From NCBI GenBank assembly GCA_003223875.1, contig QHWY01000082.1, forward strand, positions 1,369 to 65,368: 64,000 nt of DNA, in the 5' to 3' direction. The position numbers and the translations under genes are program-made. Under the pieces are notes generated by a model that searched no databases, was not told where the DNA came from, and was given only the letters and a program-made list of their open reading frames with translations. Every line of letters starts with the position of its first letter. Within the stretch, counting starts at the first letter, position 1. Positions 45,328 through 56,219 of the stretch are shown here, piece by piece. Source of the DNA: Acidobacteriota bacterium (lineage in GTDB: Bacteria > Acidobacteriota > Terriglobia > 20CM-2-55-15).

Positions 45328-48300
45328 TTATGCTTTCGATATGCCGATCTCGCAGGGTTCGCCGTCGATGTCCCATTTTTCCCAGTGCTCGGCGCTATCG
45401 CGACCGGCGGTGACTTGCGTTGCGAGCGTCTCGGATTTGATGTAGTCGGAAAGGCGCTGGACGGCTTCCGCAACGCGCGATGGCGCTTCGAAATGAATTC
45501 GAATGCGGTCGGTCACTTCGAAGCCGGCATCCTTTCGCATATTCTGAACGCGGTTCACGAACTCGCGCGCCAGTCCTTCATTGATCAGTTCCGGTGTGAG
45601 CTTCGTATCGAGCGCCACGGTCAGGCCATCGCCGGACTCCACCAGCCAGCCTTCAATGCTCTGAGCGGCAATGGCCACGTCTTCGCGAGTTATGGTGATC
45701 GCAGACCCGTTGATTTCGGTTGCAAAAAATCCAGTCTGATCCAGTTGCACGACTTCCGCGGGCAACATTTCTTTAATTCGCTTGGCGACGGCGTTTACCA
45801 TCTTTCCGAATTTCGGACCGATGATTTTGAAGTTTGCCGTCGCGGTTTTGCGCACAATCGGTGATGACTCATCGATAAACTCAATCGCCTTGACGTTGAT
45901 CTCTTCGAGAATGACGTCATTCATTTGTTCGATCAGCAGACGCGTTTCTTCCGACGCCGGAATCGCGATGCGTAACAACGGCTGCCGTGTCTTCAAGCTC
46001 GTCTTTTGCCGCATCGAGCGCACCAAACCGACGATTCGCTGAACGACGTCCATACGGTGCTCGAGTTCCGGACGGATCAATTCTCTGCGGCTCTCCACCA
46101 TTTTTGCCGTGTGGACCGATTCGAATCGCTCCCGCCGAGTCTCGCTCATCAGCGCTCGATAGATTTCATCGGGAACAAATGGAGCGATCGGCGCGGCCAT
46201 CTTCGTAATCGCGACTAGACATTCGAAGAGCGTCTGGTATGCGGCCGTTTTGTCTCGTCCGGGCTCGCTCTTCCAAAACCGCCGCCGGTTGCGCCGGACG
46301 TACCAGTTCGAAAGCTGCTCGATCGTGAAATTACTCACCAGGCGAGCGGCGCGCGTGGGATCGTACGACTCCATCGCTTCGATATAGGAGCCGATCGTCG
46401 TATTGAGCAGCGAAAGAATCCAGCGGTCGATTTCGGGACGCTCGGATACCGCTACATCCGGTTCCTTATGCGTAAACCCGTCGATGTTCGCGTACAACGC
46501 GAAGAACGCATACGTATTGAGGAGCGTTCCGAAGAACTTCCGTTGAACTTCGGCAATTGCATCGACGTCGAACAGCTTCGGCTTCCATGTCGGGCTGCTC
46601 GCAATCAAGAACCAGCGGACACTGTCGGCACTGTGTTTATCGATGACTTCGAAAGGATCGACCGTGTTGCCGCGGCTCTTGGACATCTTCTGACCTGTCT
46701 TGTCCAGAACGAGATCGCTGCAGATGACGTTCTTGAAGCAGGGTCCCTTAAACAAAAATGAACTGATCGCGTGCAGCGTGTAAAACCAGCCACGGGTTTG
46801 GTCGATCGCCTCGGAAATGAAATCTGCTGGAAACGCGTGCTTAAACGTTTCCTGATTTTCAAACGGATAGTGCCATTGAGCGAATGGCATGGAACCGGAA
46901 TCGAACCACACATCCGCCAATTCGGGAATCCGCCGCATCTCACCGCCGCACGAGCACTTAAGCGTTACTTCATCGATGTACGGCCGGTGAAGGTCCAACG
47001 GTTCCGGCAGCTTTGCGCCTTCGCGCCGCAGCTCCTCAACGCTGCCGACGGACCGCTTTGCTTCACACTGCTCGCACACCCAAATCGGCAGCGGTGTTCC
47101 CCAATAGCGATCGCGCGAAAGCGCCCAGTCCTTATTTTCTTCGAGCCAGTTTCCGAATCGTCCTTCGCCGGTCTCAGGCGGATACCAATGGATCTGTTTG
47201 TTGAACGCGATCATATCCTTCGCGTAATCGGTGGTCCGGATATACCAGGACTTGCGCGCGTAATAAAGCAGCGCCGTGTCGCATCGCCAGCAGTGCGGAT
47301 AACTGTGCGTGTAGGTTTCCTTCTTGAACAGAAGACCGCGAGACTTCAAGTCGGCCATGATTTCGGGATCCGCATCCTTGAAGAATTTTCCGGCGTAAGG
47401 CGGGACTGCCTCAGTAAATTGTCCGCGGGCGTCAAGCGCCTGGATCATCGGCAGGTCGTACTTGAGCGAAGCCTGGTAATCGTCTTCGCCGTAGGCGGGC
47501 GCCATATGAACAATGCCGGATCCGTCGCTTGTCGTGACGAAATCGCCGCCGACGACATACCAGCCTTTCTTGTCCACCGGAATGAAGCTAAACCACCGTT
47601 CGTATTCCTTTCCGATGAGATCCCGGCCCGGCATGGTAACGACAACTTCTGCGCCTTCGGCTATGACCGAGAGACGCTCTTTGGCGAGAATCAGGAAGTC
47701 GTTTTTGAAGCGAACCTTCACGTACTCGACATTCGGATTGACAGCGAGCGCGACGTTGGAGATTAGCGTCCAGGGAGTTGTCGTCCAGACGAGGAAGTAT
47801 GTATTCGCTTCGCCTTTGACTTTTGCCTTGATATAGACCGAAGGGTCCTGGACCTCACGATATCCGAGTGAAACTTCGTGCGAGGACAGCGGCGTCCCGC
47901 AACGTGGACAATAAAGCTGAACTTTGAAACCTTGATAGATCAGCCCCTCTTTGAAATAGCGGTCGAGTGCCCACCATACCGATTCGATGTACTCATTCTC
48001 ACAGGTGATGTAGGGATGCTCCATGTCGATCCAATAGCCCATACGCCACGTGAGATCCTCCCACATGTCCTTGTACTCGAAGACGGACTTGCGGCATTCG
48101 GCATTGAATTTGGCGATACCGTATTTCTCGATCTCGCCTTTGTGCTTCAGGCCAAGCTTCTTTTCGACTTCAATTTCAACGGGTAAGCCGTGTGTATCCC
48201 ATCCGGCTTTGCGATGGACCTGGTATCCGCGCATGGTTTGGTAACGACAAACGAGGTCCTTAATCGTTCGGGCGAAAACGTGATGGATTCCGGGTTTTCC

Positions 48301-48453
48301 GTTGGCGGTTGGCGGACCTTCATAGAAAGTGTAGTCGGCCGCATTGTGCCGGCCTTCCACGCTCTTTTCAAAGATCCGGTGGGTCTTCCAGTAAGCGAGA
48401 ATCTCCTTTTCGAGATCCGGCAATCTCACTTTGTCGGATATCGTTTTGAACAT
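45328..48453 (-). CDS. ileS: Isoleucine--tRNA ligase (long, type-2 architecture)
   Basis: 1041 aa. PTANGKPGIHHVFARTIKD (HIGH region) and QKMSKSRGN (KMSKS). Confidence 0.97.
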   Translation of the reverse strand: MFKTISDKVRLPDLEKEILAYWKTHRIFEKSVEGRHNAADYTFYEGPPTANGKPGIHHVFARTIKDLVCRYQTMRGYQVHRKAGWDTHGLPVEIEVEKKLGLKHKGEIEKYGIAKFNAECRKSVFEYKDMWEDLTWRMGYWIDMEHPYITCENEYIESVWWALDRYFKEGLIYQGFKVQLYCPRCGTPLSSHEVSLGYREVQDPSVYIKAKVKGEANTYFLVWTTTPWTLISNVALAVNPNVEYVKVRFKNDFLILAKERLSVIAEGAEVVVTMPGRDLIGKEYERWFSFIPVDKKGWYVVGGDFVTTSDGSGIVHMAPAYGEDDYQASLKYDLPMIQALDARGQFTEAVPPYAGKFFKDADPEIMADLKSRGLLFKKETYTHSYPHCWRCDTALLYYARKSWYIRTTDYAKDMIAFNKQIHWYPPETGEGRFGNWLEENKDWALSRDRYWGTPLPIWVCEQCEAKRSVGSVEELRREGAKLPEPLDLHRPYIDEVTLKCSCGGEMRRIPELADVWFDSGSMPFAQWHYPFENQETFKHAFPADFISEAIDQTRGWFYTLHAISSFLFKGPCFKNVICSDLVLDKTGQKMSKSRGNTVDPFEVIDKHSADSVRWFLIASSPTWKPKLFDVDAIAEVQRKFFGTLLNTYAFFALYANIDGFTHKEPDVAVSERPEIDRWILSLLNTTIGSYIEAMESYDPTRAARLVSNFTIEQLSNWYVRRNRRRFWKSEPGRDKTAAYQTLFECLVAITKMAAPIAPFVPDEIYRALMSETRRERFESVHTAKMVESRRELIRPELEHRMDVVQRIVGLVRSMRQKTSLKTRQPLLRIAIPASEETRLLIEQMNDVILEEINVKAIEFIDESSPIVRKTATANFKIIGPKFGKMVNAVAKRIKEMLPAEVVQLDQTGFFATEINGSAITITREDVAIAAQSIEGWLVESGDGLTVALDTKLTPELINEGLAREFVNRVQNMRKDAGFEVTDRIRIHFEAPSRVAEAVQRLSDYIKSETLATQVTAGRDSAEHWEKWDIDGEPCEIGISKA

Positions 48454-48480
48454 CTAGGTAATTTAGCACGAACCAGCGCA

Positions 48481-48552
48481 CTGTAGCGGCGGTCTATGAC
48501 CGCCGGCAATCGACAACCTTCGACTGGCGGCGGTCATAGACCGCCGCTACAG
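48481..48552. repeat. Family-B palindromic element (72 bp)
   Basis: CTGTAGCGGCGGTCTATGACCGCCGGC-N18-GGCGGCGGTCATAGACCGCCGCTACAG. Abuts the recA stop codon. Confidence 0.92.
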
Positions 48553-49617
48553 TTACCGCCGTTTATGGCCGTTATCGGACGTAGCGGCGGCTGCTTGAGA
48601 AGCGGGGGCGGTAGGTATCGCCAGGCCCATGATTTCTCGCAGCGCGAGTTCAACGCGGCCGCGATAATCGGGATTGTCTTTCAGGAACTGGCGCGCGTTT
48701 TCACGGCCTTGACCGAGGCGTTCGCCCTGGAAAGAGAACCACGCGCCGCTCTTTTCGACGATGTTTTTGTCGACGGCAAGATCAAGCAGGTCGCCCTCGC
48801 GCGATATGCCTTCGCCGTACAGGATGTCGAATTCGGCTTCACGGAAAGGCGGCGCGACCTTGTTCTTAACGATTTTGACTTTGGTTCGGCTTCCGACAAC
48901 GTCGTCGCCGTCCTTAATGGAAGCGATTCTCCGCACATCGGCGCGCACCGATGCGTAAAATTTCAGGGCGCGTCCGCCGGTGGTTGTTTCCGGGTTGCCG
49001 AACATGACGCCGATCTTTTCACGAATTTGATTGATGAAGATCAGGCACGTTTTCGATTTTGAAACGATGCCGGTGAGTTTGCGCAGCGCCTGTGACATCA
49101 ACCGTGCTTGCAGACCCATCTGCGCGTCGCCCATCTCGCCTTCGAGTTCGGCGCGTGGAACGAGCGCGGCAACCGAATCGACGACAACGATGTCGATTGC
49201 GCCGCTGCGGATCAAGACTTCGGCAATTTCCAATGCCTGCTCGCCGCTATCCGGTTGCGAGACCAGCAGATTTTCCACGTCGACGCCGAGCTTACGCGCA
49301 TAATTCGCGTCGAGCGCGTGCTCCGCGTCGACGAAAGCCGCCGTTCCGCCAAGTTTCTGCGCTTCGGCGATGACGTGGAGCGCCAAAGTTGTCTTGCCGC
49401 TGGATTCCGGCCCGAAGATTTCAATGACACGACCTCGTGGAAATCCGCCAACGCCGAGAGCCGCATCGAGAGAAAGCGATCCCGACGAGATGGCGTCCAG
49501 CGCAGCACTGCTATCGATGCCGCCGAGCCGCATGATGGACCCTTTGCCGAACTGTTTCTCGATTTGCGACACAGCCAGATCAAGAGCCCGACTTTTTTCG
49601 GTTCTTTCTTCCGCCAT
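48553..49617 (-). CDS. recA: Recombinase RecA
   Basis: 354 aa. Walker [10 protein letters not shown] and full-length classic RecA sequence. Confidence 0.98.
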   Translation of the reverse strand: MAEERTEKSRALDLAVSQIEKQFGKGSIMRLGGIDSSAALDAISSGSLSLDAALGVGGFPRGRVIEIFGPESSGKTTLALHVIAEAQKLGGTAAFVDAEHALDANYARKLGVDVENLLVSQPDSGEQALEIAEVLIRSGAIDIVVVDSVAALVPRAELEGEMGDAQMGLQARLMSQALRKLTGIVSKSKTCLIFINQIREKIGVMFGNPETTTGGRALKFYASVRADVRRIASIKDGDDVVGSRTKVKIVKNKVAPPFREAEFDILYGEGISREGDLLDLAVDKNIVEKSGAWFSFQGERLGQGRENARQFLKDNPDYRGRVELALREIMGLAIPTAPASQAAAATSDNGHKRR

Positions 49618-49745
49618 AAATGTCCTTTCATTTCCGGAAGCAATCAGAGCGACAACGTATTGGAAATTTCATCATCGAAATTTCTGAATTTCTCAATTTG
49701 AAATGCAGAAACTTCGAATCTGCAATTTCCAATACCGCCTCCCAA

Positions 49746-50891
49746 TTACCTCCTGCTACGTCCGCTTCGAACCAGAAGAAGTTCGTCCCGGATGATTCTG
49801 TTGAGTTGGTCAGGGCCGGTCGCATCCCCGGAGAAGCTGCGCACGCGTTTGCGATAGCGGCTTTCGCGAGGATTCAGGGCTTGCGCCGTTTTAAAACATT
49901 CCTGGGCTTTTCGGAGCCAGTTCATCTCCAGGCACAACAGTCCGAGTTGGTAATGAGCCTCACCAAACTGCGGATCCAATTTCGTGGCCTGTCTCAGATG
50001 CTGGATGGCGCGCCTATGTTGTCCCGCGCCGTAGTAAACCGCGCCAATCAAAAAATGCACTGGCGCGCTGGGCTTCAGCTTGATTGCGGTATTGAGATGT
50101 TTGATGGCCTGCTGTCTCTGCCCGACCGCGGCGAGCAGCGAACCAAGCGATGCGTGGGCCGCAGATGAATCTTTCTTCAGGCCAACGGCCATTTCCAGTG
50201 TTGATCGAGCCTCCTCGAAATTTCCTTTTCGCTGCTGGACCAATCCCATCAGGAATATCGCTTCAAAGTGATCCGGATGCGCTTTCAAAACCTGCAGCAG
50301 ACATTCTTTAGCTTTGCCGTATTCCTTTTCCTGAAAATAAACTTCAGCCAGCAGCAATCCCAGTTCGTGGTTGGCCGGGTCGTCTTTGAGAGCGGCCTTG
50401 AGAAAGTGCAAACTTTCTTTCGCGCGGTCCGCAAGGAAAAGGTCATAGGATTTTTCAATCCAGAGTTCGAACTGCTTCCGGTCCGAGCCTTTGTAGGAGT
50501 CGATGACGCGCTGCATCCGGGTGCCGAGACGATCGACTTCTTCGGTTTCGAGGATTCGCGAATCGATGCGCTTTTTCCAGTCAGCTTCGAGATTTTTAAG
50601 ATCGATACCTGCCGTTTCCAGCGAATCCGTCAGCGTCTCGATCATGGTGTGATCGATGAAATTGCTGGCCGCTACGCGCTCAATCATTTCTACAAGCGCG
50701 TCGACCCGCTTGGTCAACATGCCTAGAGAGTTTTCGAGACCGCTGATTCTCTCCAGGACATGTTCTTCCATGAATGGTATTGGCGCATCCAGCGGCACCG
50801 CGCCCGAAGTCACAAGCAGCTTCGAGCCGCACTTCCAGCAGAATTCACGCTCCAGAGAGTTTCGCGACGTGCAGTTCTGACAATGAATCAT
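49746..50891 (-). CDS. TPR-repeat protein with an N-terminal zinc-ribbon
   Basis: MIHCQNCTSRNSLEREFCWKCGSKL (CxxC...CxxC), followed by several TPR units in the C-terminal half. Confidence 0.7.
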   Translation of the reverse strand: MIHCQNCTSRNSLEREFCWKCGSKLLVTSGAVPLDAPIPFMEEHVLERISGLENSLGMLTKRVDALVEMIERVAASNFIDHTMIETLTDSLETAGIDLKNLEADWKKRIDSRILETEEVDRLGTRMQRVIDSYKGSDRKQFELWIEKSYDLFLADRAKESLHFLKAALKDDPANHELGLLLAEVYFQEKEYGKAKECLLQVLKAHPDHFEAIFLMGLVQQRKGNFEEARSTLEMAVGLKKDSSAAHASLGSLLAAVGQRQQAIKHLNTAIKLKPSAPVHFLIGAVYYGAGQHRRAIQHLRQATKLDPQFGEAHYQLGLLCLEMNWLRKAQECFKTAQALNPRESRYRKRVRSFSGDATGPDQLNRIIRDELLLVRSGRSRR

Positions 50892-50930
50892 AACGATAGC
50901 TTCCTGCTCTGACGGACAGAGCAGGTCCTT

Positions 50931-51782
50931 TTAATACCTATAAAATCCCCGGCCGGACTTTCTACCCAGATGTCCGGCATCCACCATTTTGCGGAGGAGG
51001 GGACAAGGCCGGTATTTCGAATCGCCCAGGCCCGAGTGCAAGACATCCATGATATCCAGACAGACATCCAGACCGATCAAATCCGCAAGTGCAAGGGGGC
51101 CCATGGGATGATTCATACCGAGCTTCATGATGGAATCGACGGCTTCCGCAGTGCCGACGCCTTCCATCACACAATAAACCGCTTCGTTGATCATCGGCAT
51201 CAACACCCTGTTGGACACGAAACCCGGAAAGTCGTTAACTTCGACGGCCGTTTTTCCCAACGATTCCGCTAATTCTTTCGTCACCCGATACGTTTCATCC
51301 GATGTCGCGAGCCCTCGCACGACTTCCACCAGCGGCATAACAGGTACTGGATTCATAAAGTGCATCCCAATGACTTTATCCGGACGCTTGGTCTTCGACG
51401 CGATCTTCGTGATCGAAATCGAGGACGTATTCGAAGCCAGTATCACACTGGGACGGGCGATTCGGTCCATTCCTTCAAAAACCCCTGATTTCGTCTCAAC
51501 GTCTTCGAGTACGGCTTCGATGACGAAATCGGCTTCCGAAAGCGCCGAATTTTGAGTTACCGCTGTAATGCGCGATAAGGCCGCATTTTTGTTGTCCGCT
51601 GTGATCTTGTTTTTCGCGACTTCCCGATCCAGATTCTTCGCGATTGTCGAAAGGGCACGATCGAGGAAACTTTGGGCAATATCGTGAAGAATGACCCTGA
51701 ACCCGTACCGCACAGCGGTGTGAGCAATGCCATTGCCCATCGTGCCGGCGCCGATAACTCCGATGGTGGTGATGCCGGACAT
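50931..51782 (-). CDS. hbd: 3-hydroxybutyryl-CoA / 3-hydroxyacyl-CoA dehydrogenase
   Basis: 283 aa. Rossmann fold [14 protein letters not shown] and the family C-terminal domain. Confidence 0.9.
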   Translation of the reverse strand: MSGITTIGVIGAGTMGNGIAHTAVRYGFRVILHDIAQSFLDRALSTIAKNLDREVAKNKITADNKNAALSRITAVTQNSALSEADFVIEAVLEDVETKSGVFEGMDRIARPSVILASNTSSISITKIASKTKRPDKVIGMHFMNPVPVMPLVEVVRGLATSDETYRVTKELAESLGKTAVEVNDFPGFVSNRVLMPMINEAVYCVMEGVGTAEAVDSIMKLGMNHPMGPLALADLIGLDVCLDIMDVLHSGLGDSKYRPCPLLRKMVDAGHLGRKSGRGFYRY

Positions 51783-51787
51783 TTCAA

Positions 51788-52966
51788 TTATCGTTCAACG
51801 GCAAGAGCCACTGCATTGCCGCCACCCAAACATAGCGATGCAATTCCGCGTTTCGCCTTGCGCCGCGTCATTTCGTAGAGCAGCGTGACCAGGATTCGCG
51901 CGCCACTGGCGCCGATCGGATGACCAAGCGCTACTGCGCCGCCGTTCACGTTTACTTTTTCAGGATTCAGTTCGAGCTGTTCCATAACGGCAACAGCTTG
52001 AACGGAGAAAGCCTCGTTGAGCTCGATAAGATCTACGGCGGCGAGATTCCATCCAATCTTGGTCACCAGTTTACGAACCGCTTTGACTGGAGCCATCATG
52101 ACAAGCGCCGGCTCAATTCCACTCACGGCCTGGCCGACGATTCGCGCCATTGGTTTTTTGCCGAGGGTTGCCGCGCGTTCGGCTGAAGTGACAACGACGG
52201 CCGCGGCGCCGTCGTTCACCCCGGGGGCATTGCCTGCGGTAACAGTCCCATCTTTTTTGAAGGCGGGTTTCAATGCGCGCAATGCTTCGATTGTGGCATC
52301 CGGGCGTGGAGCCTCATCGGTATCGAAGAGCACGGGATCCCCTTTGCGCTGGGGAATGGGCACGGCAATGATTTCGTCACGGAACTTGCCCGCGCGAATT
52401 GCCGCGACAACCTTGCGATGGCTATTCAAGGCGTATTCATCTTGACGTTCGCGGCTCACGTGGTAGCGTTCCGCGACGATCTCACCGGTATTCCCCATAT
52501 GAAAGTTTTCATACGCGTCCCAGAGGCCGTCATGAATCATTGAATCGACGATGGTGTTGTGACCGAGCCGATAACCGTCGCGTGCACCGGGCAGCAGGTA
52601 CGGCGCGTTGGTCATGCTTTCCATCCCACCGGCAACAACGATTTCAGAATCGCCGGTTTGAATGCCTTGAGCCGCGAGCCCGACAGCTTTCAATCCGGAG
52701 CCGCAAACCTTGTTTATGGTCATCGCGGCAACATCCGGAAGAAGGCCACCGCGGAGCGCGGCCTGGCGCGCAGGATTTTGGCCCAAGCCTGCCGAGACCA
52801 CGTTTCCCAGGATCACTTCGTCAACCTGCTCTGGGGCCAGACCTGCGCGTTCAACAGCCGCTTTCACGACAATTGCGCCAAGCTGCGTCGCGCTCATCGT
52901 TTTCAAGGCGCCCTGGAATTTTCCAATAGGCGTCCGGACAGCGCTGATGATGACGGGGTCTTTCAT
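51788..52966 (-). CDS. Acetyl-CoA C-acetyltransferase (thiolase II)
   Basis: 392 aa. Active-site Cys in [10 protein letters not shown]; C-terminal [20 protein letters not shown] and LCLGGGNAV. Confidence 0.95.
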   Translation of the reverse strand: MKDPVIISAVRTPIGKFQGALKTMSATQLGAIVVKAAVERAGLAPEQVDEVILGNVVSAGLGQNPARQAALRGGLLPDVAAMTINKVCGSGLKAVGLAAQGIQTGDSEIVVAGGMESMTNAPYLLPGARDGYRLGHNTIVDSMIHDGLWDAYENFHMGNTGEIVAERYHVSRERQDEYALNSHRKVVAAIRAGKFRDEIIAVPIPQRKGDPVLFDTDEAPRPDATIEALRALKPAFKKDGTVTAGNAPGVNDGAAAVVVTSAERAATLGKKPMARIVGQAVSGIEPALVMMAPVKAVRKLVTKIGWNLAAVDLIELNEAFSVQAVAVMEQLELNPEKVNVNGGAVALGHPIGASGARILVTLLYEMTRRKAKRGIASLCLGGGNAVALAVER

Positions 52967-52998
52967 GGTCGGCCTCCTAGCTCAAAATATCACATCGG

Positions 52999-53119
52999 AA
53001 GCCGCGAAGCGGCGTTATAGCGGTAGCCCAGGGCGTCACGCCCTCGGGCAGCATCTTGCCCCTGACTCCTAGCCCTGGGCTCGCGTCCTGAGTAGGCTCT
53101 CGACGCCGCTTCGCGGCTT
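52999..53119. repeat. 121-bp nested palindrome (structured intergenic element) between tonB and the thiolase gene
   Basis: Outer 16-bp arms AAGCCGCGAAGCGGCG / CGCCGCTTCGCGGCTT. Inner 10-bp arms AGCCCAGGGC / GCCCTGGGCT. The right arm overlaps the tonB stop codon. Confidence 0.8.
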
Positions 53120-54224
53120 ATCTGAGATTGAAATTGACTTCGATGTTGAGGGACACGTCCACGGGCACGCCATTGCGCATCCCAGGCCGGAAGCGCCACT
53201 GCTTGAGGGCTTGAATGGCATTTTCGTCGAGACCGAACCCGAGGCTGCGCACGATGCGCTGGATATCGACCGTGCCGTCTCTGCGAACAATGGCCTCAAG
53301 AACAACGGTGCCTTGATAGCGGGCTTTGCGTGCCTCTTCGGAATATTGCGGCTCAACGCGTTGCAACACGGTCGGCGGAGTAACGCCGCCGCCAACGTGG
53401 AACACGCCGCCGCCTGCGCCGCCGCCCTCACCCGGGCCGACGCCAGGTCCTTTGCCTTCTCCAACACCTCGGCCCTGGCCGCTTCCAATGCCGCCCCCGA
53501 CGCCCGGTCCCGCAGAAGGCGGTCCGGGAACGCCGTTCGGATCTCCGAGGTTCAGCAAATTAATGCGAGACAGTTGCGCCAATTGCGGAGCAACTACAGT
53601 GGGTTCGACGATCAATGTGGGATCGGGATTCTTCGGCGGTTCCGGATCCGGAGGAGTAAGCTGCTTTTCGGCAGGCCGCGGCAATTTTCCCAGCGAAGGT
53701 GGTGTCAACGTTTTCTTGCCACCGCCGCCGCCGCCACCGGATTTGTCATTGTCCGCGACCGGCAAGATGAGGTTGATCGGTCTGTAAACCATGACCGCGG
53801 TTTCAGTCAGCTTCGGAGTCTTCGGGAACGACGTGGCCCATGGAACCAATGCCAACGATACGACCAACACATGAACGAAAACGGAGATGAGTTTGGGCAA
53901 ACCATCGTCAGGCTTCGACCAAATCTCTTCGACTTCCACCGGCGCCACGCTACTTTCGATCTTCCGCGGATGCAGGTAATCGTGAATGGCCTCGCGCAGA
54001 TCGGTGAACAGGGACATCACCGGCGAGGGCATCTCAACCAGCTTATCTAATGCGCTCAGATCGCGTTCCGCTGTGATTTCGACCTGGGGACGAGGATGCT
54101 TGCGCTCCTGGCGTAACTCCCGTATTTGGGTGAGTAGCGAATCGAACCAAGACGGGGAGTCGGAAATAGTGGTTCCGGTCTTCAGGATATCGTCCGCCGG
54201 ATCGTTAGTTGGGTTGGATTTCAT
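53118..54224 (-). CDS. Energy transducer TonB-family protein
   Basis: N-terminal TM anchor, long Pro/Gly-rich spacer, and a C-terminal TonB domain (YSEEARKARYQGTVVLEAIVRRDGTV...GVPVDV). Confidence 0.8.
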   Translation of the reverse strand: MKSNPTNDPADDILKTGTTISDSPSWFDSLLTQIRELRQERKHPRPQVEITAERDLSALDKLVEMPSPVMSLFTDLREAIHDYLHPRKIESSVAPVEVEEIWSKPDDGLPKLISVFVHVLVVSLALVPWATSFPKTPKLTETAVMVYRPINLILPVADNDKSGGGGGGGKKTLTPPSLGKLPRPAEKQLTPPDPEPPKNPDPTLIVEPTVVAPQLAQLSRINLLNLGDPNGVPGPPSAGPGVGGGIGSGQGRGVGEGKGPGVGPGEGGGAGGGVFHVGGGVTPPTVLQRVEPQYSEEARKARYQGTVVLEAIVRRDGTVDIQRIVRSLGFGLDENAIQALKQWRFRPGMRNGVPVDVSLNIEVNFNLR

Positions 54225-54327
54225 GGCCTCGTTTGACTAAACCTCGGTGGAAAACGCATATCGAGAATACCATACGTGCGCCGCTGTGGCCAGTCCCGCT
54301 GGATACGTTGATATAATCCTCGAAAGC

Positions 54328-54825
54328 ATGCCTTTCAGACTCCAAGGACGGCTACCGTACATTGTTGTGGCCGCCGCGACGCTGGCGCTCGACCGCTGGA
54401 CCAAGACGCTGATCCAAAAGCATTTCGATCTCAACGAGTCGATCTCAGTCATAGACGGATTCTTCAACATAACGTATGTGCGAAATACCGGGGTGGCGTT
54501 CGGAATTTTCGATCCGCTGAGTTTGCCCGCTAAATCCGTTTTGTTGTCCGTCTTCACTGCTTTTGCTGCCGTTGTCGTCATTACCTATAGCGTTCGAAGC
54601 TCTCTTCGAAATCGCCTTCTGCAATTTGCCCTCGCTCTGGTCCTCGGGGGGGCTTTGGGCAATTTATATGACCGGTTGGCCTACGGGTACGTCGTTGATT
54701 TTCTTGAGTTCTATATCGGGACATATCACTGGCCTTCTTTCAATGTTGCCGATTCTGCTATTTCGATCGGGGTGGTCCTGTTGGCTTTAGAGATTTTACG
54801 AAATGAAGCTCCAAGCCAGACCTGA
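54328..54825 (+). CDS. lspA: Lipoprotein signal peptidase (signal peptidase II)
   Basis: Start MPFRLQGRLPYIVVAAA. Motifs NTGVAFG and FNVADSAISIG. Confidence 0.9.
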   Translation: MPFRLQGRLPYIVVAAATLALDRWTKTLIQKHFDLNESISVIDGFFNITYVRNTGVAFGIFDPLSLPAKSVLLSVFTAFAAVVVITYSVRSSLRNRLLQFALALVLGGALGNLYDRLAYGYVVDFLEFYIGTYHWPSFNVADSAISIGVVLLALEILRNEAPSQT

Positions 54826-55723
54826 CGATCGAGGCCTTCGTCTCGACGTCTTTCTCGCGCGCCACGTCGAAACCCTTACCCGGTCCCAGATCCAGCTCTT
54901 GAACCGGTCAGGGGCAATTCGCATCGACGGACGCCAAGATAAGGCGGGCTACCGCATTCGAGGCGGCGAAACCGTTGAACTCGAATTCCACGTGCTCGAA
55001 CCCGCGCCAATCTCAGCTGAGCAAATTCCGCTCCAAATCTACTTCGAAGATCAAAATTTGGCAGTCATCGAAAAGCCGGCAGGCGTCGTCGTACATCCTG
55101 GGTCCGGCATTCGTAATGGAACAATTGCAAACGCGTTGCTCTTTCACTTTAAGAATCTATCGGATGTCGGCGGAGAAAGCCGGCCCGGCATCGTCCACCG
55201 GCTCGACAAAAAGACGTCGGGTCTTCTGATCGTGGCAAAAAATAATATCGCTCACGCCCGGCTCAGTGCCGCGTTCCAAGGCCGGGAAGTTCAAAAAACT
55301 TACTTGGCCTTAGTCCACGGTAGGCCCGCGCGCGACGTGGCGGCCATCGACTTGGCGGTGGGGCGCCACCCGAGAATTCGGACGAAGATGGCTGCCGGCC
55401 AGTTGCGAGGACGAGCAGCGTTTACGGAGTACAAGGTTTTGGAATACTTTCGCGGTTTTTCTCTGCTCGAGGTGAAGATCAAGACGGGCCGCACCCATCA
55501 GATTCGAGTCCATTTGAGTGCTATCGGAAATCCGGTCGCCGGCGACGATGTTTACGGAGAGCGCACATACAAGCAATTCGTCAGGAAATTCGGCCCATTC
55601 GATCGGTATTTCTTGCATGCTGCTGGTCTGCGTTTTAATCATCCGAGTACCAAACAACCGATGGCATTTCAGTCACCCCTACCCCCAGAATTGCAGAAAT
55701 TGCTAGAGAGCATAAAATCATAA
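54803..55723 (+). CDS. rluD: RluA-family 23S rRNA pseudouridine synthase (RluD-like)
   Basis: N-terminal S4 domain. Catalytic motif HRLDKKTSGLL. Overlaps the lspA 3' end. Confidence 0.9.
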   Translation: MKLQARPDDRGLRLDVFLARHVETLTRSQIQLLNRSGAIRIDGRQDKAGYRIRGGETVELEFHVLEPAPISAEQIPLQIYFEDQNLAVIEKPAGVVVHPGSGIRNGTIANALLFHFKNLSDVGGESRPGIVHRLDKKTSGLLIVAKNNIAHARLSAAFQGREVQKTYLALVHGRPARDVAAIDLAVGRHPRIRTKMAAGQLRGRAAFTEYKVLEYFRGFSLLEVKIKTGRTHQIRVHLSAIGNPVAGDDVYGERTYKQFVRKFGPFDRYFLHAAGLRFNHPSTKQPMAFQSPLPPELQKLLESIKS

Positions 55724-55727
55724 GATT

Positions 55728-56095
55728 GGCAGGCAGACGGGCGATCGCGGCGGATTCGCCGAGGAAAGTCCGAACTCCACAGGGCAGCGTGCCTCGTAGC
55801 TCGAGGGCCCGTAAGGGACGGAAAGTGCCACAGAAAACATACCGCCGCTATCAACGGTAAGGGTGAAAAGGTGCGGTAAGAGCGCACCAGCGGTCCGGTA
55901 ACGGATCGGCTTGGCAAACCCCACGCGGAGCAAGGCCAAATAGGGAAACGCGGCGCGTTTTCGCGCGCCAGCGGCGGCCCGTCGTAGTTTCCGGGTAGGC
56001 TGCTCGAGCCTTTGGGAAACCTCAGGCCTAGACGAATGATCGCTACTCAGCCAATCTTTGGCTGAGGACAGAATTCGGCTTACAGTCTGCCTGCC
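55728..56095 (+). ncRNA. rnpB: RNase P RNA, bacterial type A
   Basis: P1 pairing GGCAGGCAGAC/GTCTGCCTGCC. P4 strands GAGGAAAGTCCG and ACAGAATTCGGCTTACAG. Conserved blocks ACAGAAAACATACC, GGTAAGGGTGAAAAGGTGCGGTAAGAGCGCACC, GCAAACCCCAC, GCAAGGCCAAATAGGG. Confidence 0.93.
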
Positions 56096-56103
56096 TTGTG
56101 TTT

Positions 56104-56175
56104 CTGTAGCGGCGGTCTATGACCGCCGGCGATACAAAATTAAGGATAGCCGGCGGTCACAGACCGCCGCTACAG
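56104..56175. repeat. Family-B palindromic element (72 bp)
   Basis: CTGTAGCGGCGGTCTATGACCGCCGGC-N18-GCCGGCGGTCACAGACCGCCGCTACAG, 8 bp downstream of rnpB. Confidence 0.92.
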
Positions 56176-56219
56176 TTACAAGGCAACTAAGGTGCTCTGA
56201 TCTCGTCGGAGGTTGCGCG

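Noticed and set aside
45328-48453. Type-2 IleRS as a horizontally acquired mupirocin-resistance gene
   Set aside because: It is the only ileS in the window, sits in a core context (recA upstream) and has no mobile-element hallmarks. Long-type IleRS is the native enzyme in many phyla.
48454-48552. T-box or other leader upstream of ileS (and likewise valS)
   Set aside because: The ileS upstream gap is almost entirely the family-B palindrome. valS overlaps the preceding gene. No specifier or T-box sequence was seen.
56058-56219. The N-terminal 54 codons of the epimerase track ORF. Similar 5' extensions occur in the valS (21109), nadC (23955), SBP (26804), lspA (54247), sppA (62416), PQQ-DH (34145), lactonase (38922) and DUF1385 (to 60554) ORFs.
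   Set aside because: The extensions overlap rnpB, repeat elements or neighbouring genes. Internal Met codons with family-typical N-termini or signal peptides are better starts.
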